A DNA stretch of 64,000 nucleotides from Escherichia coli (GTDB lineage Bacteria > Pseudomonadota > Gammaproteobacteria > Enterobacterales > Enterobacteriaceae): the NCBI RefSeq assembly GCF_003334785.1, contig NZ_QOWV01000003.1. The stretch is one strand, 5' to 3'. Shown piece after piece: positions 27,148 through 39,503 of the stretch; positions within the stretch are counted from its first letter, which is position 1; each line of letters starts with the position of its first letter. Position numbers and translations under genes: made by a program. Under the pieces are notes generated by a model. That model had not been told where the DNA came from, did no database searches, and saw nothing but the letters and a program-made list of their open reading frames with translations.

Positions 27148-28428
27148 TTGTTTGACCGTTATGATGCTGGTGAGCAGGCGGTACTGGTACACATCTATTT
27201 TACGCAAGACAAAGATATGGAAGACCTCCAGGAGTTTGAATCTCTGGTCTCTTCCGCCGGTGTCGAAGCATTGCAGGTGATTACCGGTAGCCGTAAAGCG
27301 CCGCACCCAAAGTATTTTGTAGGTGAAGGTAAAGCAGTTGAAATTGCGGAAGCTGTCAAAGCGACGGGTGCTTCGGTCGTTCTTTTTGACCATGCCCTGA
27401 GCCCGGCGCAAGAGCGTAACCTGGAGCGTTTGTGCGAGTGTCGTGTTATCGACCGCACCGGCCTTATTTTAGATATTTTCGCCCAACGTGCGCGTACCCA
27501 TGAGGGTAAGTTGCAGGTTGAGCTGGCGCAGCTGCGCCATCTGGCTACGCGCCTGGTGCGTGGCTGGACCCACCTTGAAAGACAGAAAGGCGGGATAGGT
27601 TTGCGTGGTCCGGGTGAAACCCAGCTCGAAACCGACCGTCGTTTGTTGCGTAATCGCATCGTGCAGATACAGTCGCGCCTGGAAAGAGTTGAAAAGCAGC
27701 GTGAGCAGGGGCGGCAATCGCGTATCAAAGCCGACGTTCCTACTGTTTCGCTGGTGGGATATACCAACGCCGGTAAATCTACCCTTTTCAATCGCATCAC
27801 CGAAGCGCGGGTCTACGCGGCAGACCAGTTGTTTGCCACCCTCGACCCGACGTTGCGGCGTATTGACGTTGCAGATGTCGGTGAAACCGTACTTGCAGAT
27901 ACCGTAGGGTTTATTCGCCACCTGCCGCACGATCTGGTGGCGGCATTTAAAGCCACGTTACAAGAGACGCGGCAAGCCACATTACTGCTGCACGTCATTG
28001 ATGCGGCGGATGTGCGTGTACAAGAAAACATCGAAGCGGTGAATACGGTTCTTGAAGAGATCGACGCTCACGAGATCCCAACCCTGCTGGTGATGAACAA
28101 GATCGATATGCTGGAAGATTTCGAACCGCGTATTGATCGGGACGAAGAGAACAAACCGATCCGTGTCTGGCTTTCCGCACAGACCGGAGCGGGGATACCA
28201 CAGCTTTTTCAGGCTTTGACGGAGCGGCTTTCCGGCGAGGTGGCGCAGCATACATTGCGTCTGCCACCGCAGGAAGGGCGTCTGAGAAGTCGTTTTTATC
28301 AGCTTCAGGCAATAGAAAAAGAGTGGATGGAGGAGGACGGCAGCGTAAGTCTGCAAGTTCGTATGCCGATCGTTGACTGGCGTCGTCTCTGTAAACAAGA
28401 ACCGGCGTTGATCGATTACCTGATCTAA
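27148..28428 (+). CDS. hflX: GTPase HflX
   Basis: Track ORF of 426 aa with G1-G4 motifs (GYTNAGKST). Confidence 0.95.
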   Translation: MFDRYDAGEQAVLVHIYFTQDKDMEDLQEFESLVSSAGVEALQVITGSRKAPHPKYFVGEGKAVEIAEAVKATGASVVLFDHALSPAQERNLERLCECRVIDRTGLILDIFAQRARTHEGKLQVELAQLRHLATRLVRGWTHLERQKGGIGLRGPGETQLETDRRLLRNRIVQIQSRLERVEKQREQGRQSRIKADVPTVSLVGYTNAGKSTLFNRITEARVYAADQLFATLDPTLRRIDVADVGETVLADTVGFIRHLPHDLVAAFKATLQETRQATLLLHVIDAADVRVQENIEAVNTVLEEIDAHEIPTLLVMNKIDMLEDFEPRIDRDEENKPIRVWLSAQTGAGIPQLFQALTERLSGEVAQHTLRLPPQEGRLRSRFYQLQAIEKEWMEEDGSVSLQVRMPIVDWRRLCKQEPALIDYLI

Positions 28429-28513
28429 CGGCGTAGCGTCTGAAGCGTGGAGTCATATCCTCTGGCGTCGAAAGACAACAGGGATCACCGCATAACAAAT
28501 ATGGAGCACAAAC

Positions 28514-29773
28514 ATGGCGTGGAATCAGCCCGGTAATAACGGACAAGACCGCGACCCGTGGGGAAGCAGCAAACCTGGCGGCAACTCTGAGGGAAATGGA
28601 AACAAAGGCGGTCGCGATCAAGGGCCACCTGATTTAGATGATATCTTCCGCAAACTGAGCAAAAAGCTCGGTGGTCTGGGCGGCGGTAAAGGCACCGGAT
28701 CTGGCGGTGGCAGTTCATCGCAAGGCCCGCGCCCGCAGCTTGGCGGTCGTGTCGTTACCATCGCAGCGGCAGCGATTGTCATTATCTGGGCGGCCAGTGG
28801 TTTCTATACCATTAAAGAAGCCGAACGCGGCGTGGTAACACGCTTTGGTAAATTCAGCCATCTGGTTGAGCCGGGTCTGAACTGGAAACCGACGTTTATC
28901 GACGAAGTCAAACCGGTGAACGTGGAAGCCGTGCGTGAACTGGCCGCTTCTGGTGTGATGCTGACGTCGGACGAGAACGTAGTGCGCGTTGAGATGAACG
29001 TGCAGTACCGCGTCACCAATCCGGAAAAATATCTGTATAGCGTGACCAGCCCGGATGACAGCCTGCGTCAGGCTACCGACAGCGCCCTGCGTGGAGTTAT
29101 CGGTAAATACACCATGGACCGCATTCTGACGGAAGGTCGTACCGTGATTCGTAGCGATACTCAGCGCGAACTGGAAGAGACGATTCGTCCGTATGACATG
29201 GGTATCACGCTGCTGGACGTCAACTTCCAGGCTGCTCGTCCGCCGGAAGAAGTAAAAGCGGCGTTTGACGATGCGATTGCCGCGCGTGAAAACGAACAGC
29301 AATACATTCGTGAAGCAGAAGCGTATACCAACGAAGTTCAGCCGCGTGCGAACGGTCAGGCGCAACGTATCCTCGAAGAGGCGCGTGCGTACAAGGCCCA
29401 GACCATCCTGGAAGCTCAGGGTGAAGTGGCGCGCTTTGCTAAACTTCTGCCGGAATATAAAGCCGCGCCGGAAATTACTCGCGAGCGTCTGTATATCGAG
29501 ACGATGGAAAAAGTGTTGGGTAACACCCGCAAAGTGCTGGTTAACGATAAAGGTGGCAACCTGATGGTTCTGCCGTTAGACCAGATGCTGAAAGGTGGTA
29601 ACGCCCCTGCGGCGAAGAGCGATAACGGTGCCAGCAATCTGCTGCGTCTGCCGCCAGCCTCTTCCTCCACAACCAGTGGAGCAAGCAACACGTCGTCCAC
29701 CAGTCAGGGCGATATTATGGACCAACGCCGCGCCAACGCGCAGCGTAACGACTACCAGCGTCAGGGGGAATAA
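28514..29773 (+). CDS. hflK: FtsH modulator HflK (SPFH/band-7 family)
   Basis: Track ORF of 419 aa: Gly-rich N-terminus, one TM segment, SPFH domain. Confidence 0.95.
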   Translation: MAWNQPGNNGQDRDPWGSSKPGGNSEGNGNKGGRDQGPPDLDDIFRKLSKKLGGLGGGKGTGSGGGSSSQGPRPQLGGRVVTIAAAAIVIIWAASGFYTIKEAERGVVTRFGKFSHLVEPGLNWKPTFIDEVKPVNVEAVRELAASGVMLTSDENVVRVEMNVQYRVTNPEKYLYSVTSPDDSLRQATDSALRGVIGKYTMDRILTEGRTVIRSDTQRELEETIRPYDMGITLLDVNFQAARPPEEVKAAFDDAIAARENEQQYIREAEAYTNEVQPRANGQAQRILEEARAYKAQTILEAQGEVARFAKLLPEYKAAPEITRERLYIETMEKVLGNTRKVLVNDKGGNLMVLPLDQMLKGGNAPAAKSDNGASNLLRLPPASSSTTSGASNTSSTSQGDIMDQRRANAQRNDYQRQGE

Positions 29774-29775
29774 CG

Positions 29776-30780
29776 ATGCGTAAGTCAGTTATCGCGATTA
29801 TCATCATCGTGCTGGTAGTGCTTTACATGTCTGTCTTTGTCGTCAAAGAAGGTGAGCGCGGTATTACGCTGCGTTTTGGTAAGGTACTGCGTGACGATGA
29901 CAACAAACCTCTGGTTTATGAGCCGGGTCTGCATTTCAAGATACCGTTCATTGAAACGGTGAAAATGCTCGACGCACGTATTCAGACCATGGACAACCAG
30001 GCCGACCGCTTTGTGACCAAAGAGAAGAAAGACCTGATCGTCGACTCTTACATCAAATGGCGCATCAGCGATTTCAGCCGTTACTACCTGGCAACGGGTG
30101 GTGGCGACATTTCGCAAGCGGAAGTGCTGTTGAAACGTAAGTTCTCTGACCGTCTGCGTTCTGAAATTGGTCGCCTGGACGTGAAAGATATCGTCACCGA
30201 TTCCCGTGGTCGTCTGACCCTCGAAGTACGTGACGCGCTGAACTCCGGTTCTGCGGGTACAGAAGATGAAGTTACTACCCCGGCGGCAGATAACGCCATT
30301 GCCGAAGCGGCAGAGCGCGTAACGGCTGAGACGAAGGGCAAAGTTCCGGTCATCAACCCGAACAGTATGGCGGCGCTGGGTATTGAAGTTGTCGATGTGC
30401 GTATCAAGCAGATCAACCTGCCGACCGAAGTGTCTGAAGCGATCTACAACCGTATGCGCGCCGAGCGTGAAGCGGTAGCGCGTCGTCACCGTTCACAAGG
30501 TCAGGAAGAAGCGGAAAAACTGCGCGCGACTGCCGACTATGAAGTGACCAGAACGCTGGCAGAAGCTGAGCGTCAGGGCCGCATCATGCGTGGTGAAGGC
30601 GATGCCGAAGCAGCCAAACTGTTTGCTGATGCATTCAGTAAAGATCCGGACTTCTACGCATTCATCCGTAGCCTGCGTGCTTATGAGAACAGCTTCTCTG
30701 GCAATCAGGACGTGATGGTCATGAGCCCGGATAGCGATTTCTTCCGCTACATGAAGACGCCGACTTCCGCAACGCGTTAA
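29776..30780 (+). CDS. hflC: FtsH modulator HflC (SPFH/band-7 family)
   Basis: Track ORF of 334 aa, immediately downstream of hflK. Confidence 0.95.
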   Translation: MRKSVIAIIIIVLVVLYMSVFVVKEGERGITLRFGKVLRDDDNKPLVYEPGLHFKIPFIETVKMLDARIQTMDNQADRFVTKEKKDLIVDSYIKWRISDFSRYYLATGGGDISQAEVLLKRKFSDRLRSEIGRLDVKDIVTDSRGRLTLEVRDALNSGSAGTEDEVTTPAADNAIAEAAERVTAETKGKVPVINPNSMAALGIEVVDVRIKQINLPTEVSEAIYNRMRAEREAVARRHRSQGQEEAEKLRATADYEVTRTLAEAERQGRIMRGEGDAEAAKLFADAFSKDPDFYAFIRSLRAYENSFSGNQDVMVMSPDSDFFRYMKTPTSATR

Positions 30781-30810
30781 TATAACGACTGCGGTACAGG
30801 TCAATAAAGC

Positions 30811-30847
30811 CACCGCATCCTCAGGGATGTCGGTGGTTTTCTTTTTC
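30811..30847 (+). terminator. Intrinsic terminator after hflC
   Basis: Hairpin ccaccgcatcc-tcag-ggatgtcggtgg followed by ttttcttttt. Confidence 0.7.
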
Positions 30848-30861
30848 TATAAGGATAATGA

Positions 30862-31059
30862 ATGAATTCGACAATCTGGCTGGCGCTTGCCCTGGTTTTG
30901 GTACTGGAAGGTTTAGGGCCGATGCTTTACCCGAAGGCATGGAAGAAGATGATCTCTGCGATGACCAATTTGCCCGATAATATTTTACGTCGTTTTGGCG
31001 GTGGACTTGTGGTTGCGGGCGTTGTGGTCTACTACATGTTGAGGAAAACGATTGGCTGA
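30862..31059 (+). CDS. yjeT: Small membrane protein YjeT (DUF2065)
   Basis: Track ORF of 65 aa with two hydrophobic segments. Confidence 0.8.
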   Translation: MNSTIWLALALVLVLEGLGPMLYPKAWKKMISAMTNLPDNILRRFGGGLVVAGVVVYYMLRKTIG

Positions 31060-31159
31060 ACAAAAAACAGACTGATCGAGGTCATTTTTGAGTGCAAAAA
31101 GTGCTGTAACTCTGAAAAAGCGATGGTAGAATCCATTTTTAAGCAAACGGTGATTTTGA

Positions 31160-32461
<1,302 letters not shown>

Positions 32462-32665
32462 TTCTGGTACGCCTGGCAGATATTTTGCCTGCCGGGCGAA
32501 CAGTGTGATACATTGCTGTGTCGGGTAAGCCATTACGCTATCCGACACAGTGTTAAATCCTCGCTTTTTTCCTTCCCCGAACTGAAATAAATTAGCGACA
32601 CAGCTTGTGGCTGGTTTATCATCAATATAAATGTATTTTTTCCCGATTTCCCTTTTGAGGTTGAT

Positions 32666-33091
32666 GTGCAGTTAACGAGTTTCACTGATTACGGATTACG
32701 TGCGCTGATCTACATGGCGTCATTGCCAGAAGGGCGGATGACCAGTATTTCTGAAGTGACTGACGTCTACGGCGTCTCCCGTAATCATATGGTCAAAATA
32801 ATCAATCAACTTAGTCGTGCCGGCTACGTGACTGCTGTTCGTGGAAAAAATGGCGGCATTCGCCTGGGTAAACCGGCGAGTGCGATACGTATTGGTGATG
32901 TGGTGCGCGAGCTGGAGCCCTTATCGCTGGTGAATTGCAGCAGTGAGTTTTGCCACATTACACCTGCCTGTAGGTTGAAACAGGCACTTTCTAAGGCCGT
33001 GCAAAGTTTTCTTACGGAACTGGATAACTACACGCTTGCCGATTTGGTTGAAGAGAATCAACCGCTTTATAAATTATTGCTGGTGGAGTGA
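32666..33091 (+). CDS. nsrR: NO-sensing Rrf2-family repressor NsrR
   Basis: Track ORF of 141 aa with an Rrf2 HTH and three C-terminal Cys residues. Confidence 0.93.
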
Positions 33092-33129
33092 CGAAAATCT
33101 TCATCAGAGATGACAACGGAGGAACCGAG

Positions 33130-35571
33130 ATGTCACAAGATCCTTTCCAGGAACGCGAAGCTGAAAAATACGCGAATCCCATCCCTAGTCGGGAATTTAT
33201 CCTCGAACATTTAACCAAACGTGAAAAACCGGCCAGCCGTGATGAGCTGGCGGTAGAACTGCACATTGAAGGCGAAGAGCAGCTTGAAGGCCTGCGTCGC
33301 CGCCTGCGCGCGATGGAGCGCGATGGTCAACTGGTCTTCACTCGTCGTCAGTGCTATGCGCTGCCGGAACGCCTCGACCTGGTGAAAGGTACCGTTATTG
33401 GCCACCGTGATGGCTACGGCTTTCTGCGGGTTGAAGGGCGTAAAGATGATTTGTATCTCTCCAGCGAGCAGATGAAAACCTGCATTCATGGCGATCAGGT
33501 GCTGGCTCAGCCGCTGGGTGCTGACCGTAAAGGTCGTCGTGAAGCGCGTATTGTCCGCGTACTGGTGCCAAAAACCAGCCAGATTGTTGGTCGCTACTTT
33601 ACCGAAGCGGGCGTCGGCTTTGTGGTTCCTGACGACAGCCGTCTGAGCTTCGATATCTTAATCCCGCCCGATCAGATCATGGGCGCGCGGATGGGCTTTG
33701 TGGTCGTAGTCGAACTGACTCAGCGTCCGACTCGCCGCACCAAAGCGGTGGGTAAAATCGTCGAAGTGCTGGGCGACAATATGGGCACCGGCATGGCGGT
33801 TGATATCGCTCTGCGTACCCATGAAATTCCGTACATCTGGCCGCAGGCTGTTGAGCAACAGGTTGCCGGGCTGAAAGAAGAAGTGCCGGAAGAAGCAAAA
33901 GCGGGCCGTGTTGATCTGCGCGATTTACCGCTGGTCACCATTGATGGCGAAGACGCCCGTGACTTTGACGATGCAGTTTACTGCGAGAAAAAACGCGGCG
34001 GCGGCTGGCGTTTATGGGTCGCGATTGCCGACGTCAGCTACTATGTGCGTCCGTCAACGCCGCTGGACAGAGAAGCGCGTAACCGTGGCACGTCGGTGTA
34101 CTTCCCTTCGCAGGTTATCCCGATGCTGCCGGAAGTGCTCTCTAACGGCCTGTGTTCGCTCAACCCGCAGGTAGACCGCCTGTGTATGGTGTGCGAGATG
34201 ACGGTTTCGTCGAAAGGCCGCCTGACGGGCTACAAATTCTACGAAGCGGTGATGAGCTCTCACGCGCGTCTGACCTACACCAAAGTCTGGCATATTCTGC
34301 AGGGCGATCAGGATCTGCGCGAGCAGTACGCCCCGCTGGTTAAGCATCTCGAAGAGTTGCATAACCTCTATAAAGTGCTGGATAAAGCCCGTGAAGAACG
34401 CGGTGGGATCTCATTTGAGAGCGAAGAAGCGAAGTTCATTTTCAACGCTGAACGCCGTATTGAACGTATCGAACAGACCCAGCGTAACGACGCGCACAAA
34501 TTAATTGAAGAGTGCATGATTCTGGCGAATATCTCGGCGGCGCGTTTCGTTGAGAAAGCGAAAGAACCGGCACTGTTCCGTATTCACGACAAGCCGAGCA
34601 CCGAAGCGATTACCTCTTTCCGTTCAGTGCTGGCGGAGCTGGGGCTGGAACTGCCGGGCGGTAACAAGCCGGAACCGCGTGACTACGCGGAGCTGCTGGA
34701 GTCGGTTGCCGATCGTCCTGATGCAGAAATGCTGCAAACCATGCTGCTGCGCTCGATGAAACAGGCGATTTACGATCCAGAAAACCGTGGTCACTTTGGC
34801 CTGGCATTGCAGTCCTATGCGCACTTTACTTCGCCGATTCGTCGTTATCCAGACCTGACGCTGCACCGCGCCATTAAATATCTGCTGGCGAAAGAGCAGG
34901 GGCATCAGGGCAACACCACTGAAACCGGCGGCTACCATTATTCGATGGAAGAGATGCTGCAACTGGGTCAGCACTGTTCGATGGCGGAACGTCGTGCCGA
35001 CGAAGCAACGCGCGATGTGGCTGACTGGCTGAAGTGTGACTTCATGCTCGACCAGGTAGGTAACGTCTTTAAAGGCGTAATTTCCAGCGTCACTGGCTTT
35101 GGCTTCTTCGTCCGTTTGGACGACTTGTTCATTGATGGTCTGGTCCATGTCTCTTCGCTGGACAATGACTACTATCGCTTTGACCAGGTAGGGCAACGCC
35201 TGATGGGGGAATCCAGCGGCCAGACTTATCGCCTGGGCGATCGCGTGGAAGTTCGCGTCGAAGCGGTTAATATGGACGAGCGCAAAATCGACTTTAGCCT
35301 GATCTCCAGCGAACGCGCACCGCGCAACGTCGGTAAAACGGCGCGCGAGAAAGCGAAAAAAGGCGATGCAGGTAAAAAAGGCGGCAAGCGTCGTCAGGTC
35401 GGTAAAAAGGTAAACTTTGAGCCAGACAGCGCCTTCCGCGGTGAGAAAAAAACGAAGCCGAAAGCGGCGAAGAAAGACGCGAGAAAAGCGAAAAAGCCAT
35501 CGGCGAAAACGCAGAAAATAGCTGCAGCGACCAAAGCGAAGCGTGCGGCGAAGAAAAAAGTGGCAGAGTGA
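33130..35571 (+). CDS. rnr: Ribonuclease R (813 aa)
   Basis: Track ORF trimmed to [23 protein letters not shown]...; RNB domain, S1 domain and a Lys-rich tail. Confidence 0.95.
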   Translation: MSQDPFQEREAEKYANPIPSREFILEHLTKREKPASRDELAVELHIEGEEQLEGLRRRLRAMERDGQLVFTRRQCYALPERLDLVKGTVIGHRDGYGFLRVEGRKDDLYLSSEQMKTCIHGDQVLAQPLGADRKGRREARIVRVLVPKTSQIVGRYFTEAGVGFVVPDDSRLSFDILIPPDQIMGARMGFVVVVELTQRPTRRTKAVGKIVEVLGDNMGTGMAVDIALRTHEIPYIWPQAVEQQVAGLKEEVPEEAKAGRVDLRDLPLVTIDGEDARDFDDAVYCEKKRGGGWRLWVAIADVSYYVRPSTPLDREARNRGTSVYFPSQVIPMLPEVLSNGLCSLNPQVDRLCMVCEMTVSSKGRLTGYKFYEAVMSSHARLTYTKVWHILQGDQDLREQYAPLVKHLEELHNLYKVLDKAREERGGISFESEEAKFIFNAERRIERIEQTQRNDAHKLIEECMILANISAARFVEKAKEPALFRIHDKPSTEAITSFRSVLAELGLELPGGNKPEPRDYAELLESVADRPDAEMLQTMLLRSMKQAIYDPENRGHFGLALQSYAHFTSPIRRYPDLTLHRAIKYLLAKEQGHQGNTTETGGYHYSMEEMLQLGQHCSMAERRADEATRDVADWLKCDFMLDQVGNVFKGVISSVTGFGFFVRLDDLFIDGLVHVSSLDNDYYRFDQVGQRLMGESSGQTYRLGDRVEVRVEAVNMDERKIDFSLISSERAPRNVGKTAREKAKKGDAGKKGGKRRQVGKKVNFEPDSAFRGEKKTKPKAAKKDARKAKKPSAKTQKIAAATKAKRAAKKKVAE

Positions 35572-35628
35572 TCAATACCCTCTTTAAAAGAAGAGGGTTA
35601 GATTGCTGACAAAATGCGCTTTGTTCAT

Positions 35629-35727
35629 GCCGGATGCGGCGTGAACGCCTTATCCGGCCTACATAATCACGCAAATTCAATATATTGCAGAGATCATGTA
35701 GGCCGGATAAACGTAGTGCATCAGGCA
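35629..35727. repeat. REP/BIME element (two inverted REP copies)
   Basis: gccggatgcggcgtgaacgccttatccggcctaca ... tgtaggccggataaacgtagtgcatcaggca between rnr and rlmB. Confidence 0.8.
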
Positions 35728-35750
35728 AAACGTAAACAACGAGTACATTA

Positions 35751-36482
35751 ATGAGCGAAATGATTTACGGCATCCACGCAGTGCAGGCCCTGCTGGAGCG
35801 CGCCCCTGAACGTTTTCAGGAAGTCTTTATTTTAAAAGGCCGTGAAGATAAACGTCTGTTACCGCTGATTCACGCCCTTGAGTCTCAGGGCGTGGTTATC
35901 CAGTTGGCAAACCGCCAATATCTCGACGAGAAAAGCGACGGTGCCGTGCATCAGGGCATTATCGCCCGCGTGAAGCCAGGACGTCAGTATCAGGAAAACG
36001 ATCTGCCGGATCTGATCGCTTCGCTCGATCAACCGTTCCTGCTGATCCTCGACGGCGTAACCGATCCGCACAACCTCGGCGCGTGCCTGCGTAGTGCGGA
36101 CGCCGCAGGCGTTCATGCGGTGATTGTGCCGAAAGATCGCTCCGCACAGCTCAACGCTACGGCGAAAAAAGTAGCCTGCGGCGCGGCAGAAAGCGTTCCG
36201 CTGATTCGGGTGACTAACCTTGCGCGCACCATGCGTATGTTGCAGGAAGAGAATATCTGGATCGTCGGTACGGCAGGCGAGGCGGATCATACACTCTATC
36301 AGAGCAAAATGACCGGACGCCTGGCGCTGGTGATGGGTGCGGAAGGTGAAGGTATGCGTCGCCTGACTCGTGAACATTGCGATGAGTTGATCAGCATCCC
36401 GATGGCTGGAAGCGTTTCTTCCCTGAACGTTTCGGTTGCGACCGGAATTTGCTTATTTGAAGCGGTGCGCCAGCGCAGCTAA
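35751..36482 (+). CDS. rlmB: 23S rRNA (guanosine2251-2'-O)-methyltransferase RlmB (SpoU family)
   Basis: Track ORF of 243 aa. Confidence 0.93.
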
Positions 36483-36499
36483 TTTCTCAGAATTATGAA

Positions 36500-36529
36500 A
36501 AGCCATCCAGATTTGGATGGTTTTTTTTT
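36500..36529 (+). terminator. Intrinsic terminator after rlmB
   Basis: Hairpin gccatcca-gattt-ggatgg followed by a run of nine T. Confidence 0.8.
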
Positions 36530-36608
36530 GTCTATAGCTGGTAAGATAATTACGTATTGCAAATATTCATTTTATTAATATTTAAACTTAATCTATATGG
36601 AATAATAT

Positions 36609-37010
36609 ATGACATGGAATCCGTTGGCGCTAGCGACGGCGCTGCAAACTGTACCTGAACAAAATATTGATGTAACAAATAGCGAGAACGCATTAATTAT
36701 TAAAATGAATGATTATGGCGATTTGCAAATCAATATTCTTTTTACTTCCCGCCAAATGATTATCGAAACCTTTATTTGTCCGGTGAGTAGTATCAGCAAT
36801 CCAGATGAATTTAATACCTTCTTATTAAGAAATCAGAAGATGATGCCGTTGTCATCGGTAGGGATCTCCAGCGTACAACAGGAAGAGTATTACATTGTTT
36901 TCGGGGCGTTATCGCTTAAATCTTCTCTTGAAGATATCCTGCTTGAGATAACCTCGCTGGTAGATAACGCATTGGATCTGGCTGAAATTACAGAAGAATA
37001 TTCACACTAA
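36609..37010 (+). CDS. yjfI: Uncharacterised protein YjfI (DUF2170)
   Basis: Track ORF of 133 aa; first gene of the yjfIJKLMC cluster. Confidence 0.8.
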   Translation: MTWNPLALATALQTVPEQNIDVTNSENALIIKMNDYGDLQINILFTSRQMIIETFICPVSSISNPDEFNTFLLRNQKMMPLSSVGISSVQQEEYYIVFGALSLKSSLEDILLEITSLVDNALDLAEITEEYSH

Positions 37011-37028
37011 TTACAAGGACGGGTATTT

Positions 37029-37727
37029 ATGGGAATTTTAAAAAGTTTATTTACGCTGGGGAAATCGTTTATCTCCCAGGCGGAAGAATCCATTGAAGAA
37101 ACCCAGGGCGTGCGCATGCTGGAACAGCATATTCGTGACGCTAAAGCTGAACTCGATAAAGCCGGAAAATCTCGCGTTGATCTGCTGGCGCGGGTGAAAT
37201 TAAGTCACGATAAGCTGAAAGATTTACGTGAGCGCAAAGCCAGTCTGGAAGCCCGTGCGCTGGAAGCGTTAAGCAAGAACGTTAATCCGTCGTTGATTAA
37301 CGAAGTTGCTGAAGAAATCGCGCGCCTTGAGAATCTCATTACCGCTGAAGAGCAAGTGTTGTCGAATCTGGAAGTCTCCCGTGATGGCGTGGAAAAAGCA
37401 GTTACAGCGACAGCGCAGCGTATCGCTCAGTTTGAGCAGCAAATGGAAGTCGTTAAAGCCACTGAAGCCATGCAGCGTGCACAACAGGCTGTAACAACCT
37501 CTACCGTTGGCGCATCTTCCAGCGTTTCGACAGCGGCAGAATCCTTAAAACGCCTGCAAACGCGTCAGGCCGAACGTCAGGCTCGCCTGGATGCTGCCGC
37601 ACAGTTGGAGAAAGTCGCAGACGGTCGCGACCTTGACGAAAAGCTGGCGGAAGCCGGAATTGGCGGTAGCAATAAAAGTAGCGCCCAGGATGTATTAGCA
37701 AGACTGCAACGCCAACAGGGCGAGTAA
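37029..37727 (+). CDS. yjfJ: PspA/IM30 (Vipp1) family protein YjfJ
   Basis: Track ORF of 232 aa with coiled-coil character typical of PspA-family proteins. Confidence 0.85.
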   Translation: MGILKSLFTLGKSFISQAEESIEETQGVRMLEQHIRDAKAELDKAGKSRVDLLARVKLSHDKLKDLRERKASLEARALEALSKNVNPSLINEVAEEIARLENLITAEEQVLSNLEVSRDGVEKAVTATAQRIAQFEQQMEVVKATEAMQRAQQAVTTSTVGASSSVSTAAESLKRLQTRQAERQARLDAAAQLEKVADGRDLDEKLAEAGIGGSNKSSAQDVLARLQRQQGE

Positions 37728-37777
37728 TTTTTTTGCCAGCCTCGCTAAAAGGCTGGCAACTATTTTAAGGATAAAAT

Positions 37778-38437
37778 ATGTCTGGTTTTTTCCAGCGTCT
37801 GTTTGGCAAGGATAATAAGCCAGCTATCGCTCGTGGTCCGCTGGGACTTCATCTCAATAGTGGCTTTACGCTCGACACGTTAGCGTTTCGTTTGCTGGAA
37901 GATGAATTGCTGATTGCGCTGCCGGGTGAGGAATTTACGGTAGCCGCCGTCAGCCACATCGATCTGGGCGGCGGTAGTCAGATTTTCCGCTACTACACTT
38001 CAGGCGATGAGTTTCTGCAAATCAATACCACCGGCGGCGAAGATATTGATGACATTGATGATATCAAGCTCTTTGTCTATGAAGAGAGCTACGGTATCAG
38101 TAAAGAGAGTCACTGGCGCGAGGCGATCAACGCCAAAGCGATGGGAGCAATGACCTTAAACTGGCAGGAAAAACGCTGGCAGCGATTTTTTAACAGCGAA
38201 GAACCGGGAAATATCGAACCCGTCTACATGCTGGAAAAAGTAGAAAATCAAAACCATGCCAAATGGGAGGTCCATAATTTTACCATGGGCTACCAACGGC
38301 AAGTAACCGAAGATACTTACGAATATTTGCTGCTAAATGGTGAGGAATCTTTTAACGATCTCGGCGAGCCAGAGTGGTTATTTTCGCGCGCGTTGGGTGT
38401 CGATATCCCGCTGACATCACTTCATATTATTGGTTAA
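37778..38437 (+). CDS. yjfK: Uncharacterised protein YjfK (DUF2491)
   Basis: Track ORF of 219 aa. Confidence 0.8.
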   Translation: MSGFFQRLFGKDNKPAIARGPLGLHLNSGFTLDTLAFRLLEDELLIALPGEEFTVAAVSHIDLGGGSQIFRYYTSGDEFLQINTTGGEDIDDIDDIKLFVYEESYGISKESHWREAINAKAMGAMTLNWQEKRWQRFFNSEEPGNIEPVYMLEKVENQNHAKWEVHNFTMGYQRQVTEDTYEYLLLNGEESFNDLGEPEWLFSRALGVDIPLTSLHIIG

Positions 38438-38454
38438 TTACAAGGACGTTTACA

Positions 38455-38853
38455 ATGCATATACTGGATTCACTTCTTGCCTTTAGCGCCTATTTTTTTA
38501 TTGGCGTGGCTATGGTGATTATTTTTCTGTTTATCTATTCTAAAATTACACCGCACAACGAATGGCAGTTAATCAAAAACAATAATACCGCGGCGTCACT
38601 GGCGTTCAGCGGTACATTGTTGGGTTACGTTATCCCCTTATCCAGTGCGGCAATCAATGCGGTGAGTATTCCAGACTATTTCGCCTGGGGCGGGATTGCA
38701 CTGGTGATTCAGTTACTCGTTTTTGCTGGTGTCAGACTTTATATGCCCGCATTAAGCGAAAAAATTATTAATCACAATACCGCAGCAGGAATGTTTATGG
38801 GAACCGCCGCGCTGGCTGGCGGTATTTTTAACGCAGCTTGTATGACATGGTAA
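38455..38853 (+). CDS. yjfL: Inner-membrane protein YjfL (DUF350, 132 aa)
   Basis: Track ORF trimmed to MHILDSLLAFSAYFFIGVAMVIIFLF...; four hydrophobic segments. Confidence 0.8.
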   Translation: MHILDSLLAFSAYFFIGVAMVIIFLFIYSKITPHNEWQLIKNNNTAASLAFSGTLLGYVIPLSSAAINAVSIPDYFAWGGIALVIQLLVFAGVRLYMPALSEKIINHNTAAGMFMGTAALAGGIFNAACMTW

Positions 38854-38862
38854 TGGACGATC

Positions 38863-39501
38863 ATGGCCAGAAAACGCAAATCAAGAAATAACAGTAAAAT
38901 TGGTCACGGAGCGATTAGTCGCATTGGTAGACCGAATAATCCTTTTGAACCGCGTCGCAATCGCTACGCACAAAAATACTTAACGTTGGCGCTAATGGGC
39001 GGTGCCGCTTTTTTCGTATTGAAAGGTTGTAGCGATAGTAGCGATGTCGATAACGACGGCGACGGAACGTTTTACGCGACAGTGCAGGATTGTATTGATG
39101 ACGGTAATAATGCCGACATTTGCGCGCGTGGCTGGAACAACGCCAAAACGGCATTTTATGCCGATGTTCCGAAGAATATGACTCAGCAGAACTGTCAGTC
39201 TAAGTACGAAAATTGCTACTACGACAATGTTGAACAGAGTTGGATCCCGGTCGTTTCTGGATTTTTGTTAAGCCGGGTTATTCGTAAAGATCGCGATGAG
39301 CCGTTTGTTTATAACAGCGGCGGTTCCTCTTTTGCTTCGCGCCCAGTCTGGCGCAGCACTTCTGGTGATTACTCTTGGCGCTCCGGTTCTGGCAAAAAAG
39401 AGTCTTACTCTTCGGGCGGCTTTACCACCAAAAAAGCGTCTACCGTTTCTCGCGGCGGCTATGGTCGTTCTTCCAGCGCCCGTGGGCATTGGGGAGGCTA
39501 A
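38863..39501 (+). CDS. yjfM: Uncharacterised protein YjfM (DUF1190) with a Gly/Ser-rich C-terminus
   Basis: Track ORF of 212 aa. Confidence 0.8.
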   Translation: MARKRKSRNNSKIGHGAISRIGRPNNPFEPRRNRYAQKYLTLALMGGAAFFVLKGCSDSSDVDNDGDGTFYATVQDCIDDGNNADICARGWNNAKTAFYADVPKNMTQQNCQSKYENCYYDNVEQSWIPVVSGFLLSRVIRKDRDEPFVYNSGGSSFASRPVWRSTSGDYSWRSGSGKKESYSSGGFTTKKASTVSRGGYGRSSSARGHWGG

Positions 39502-39503
39502 TC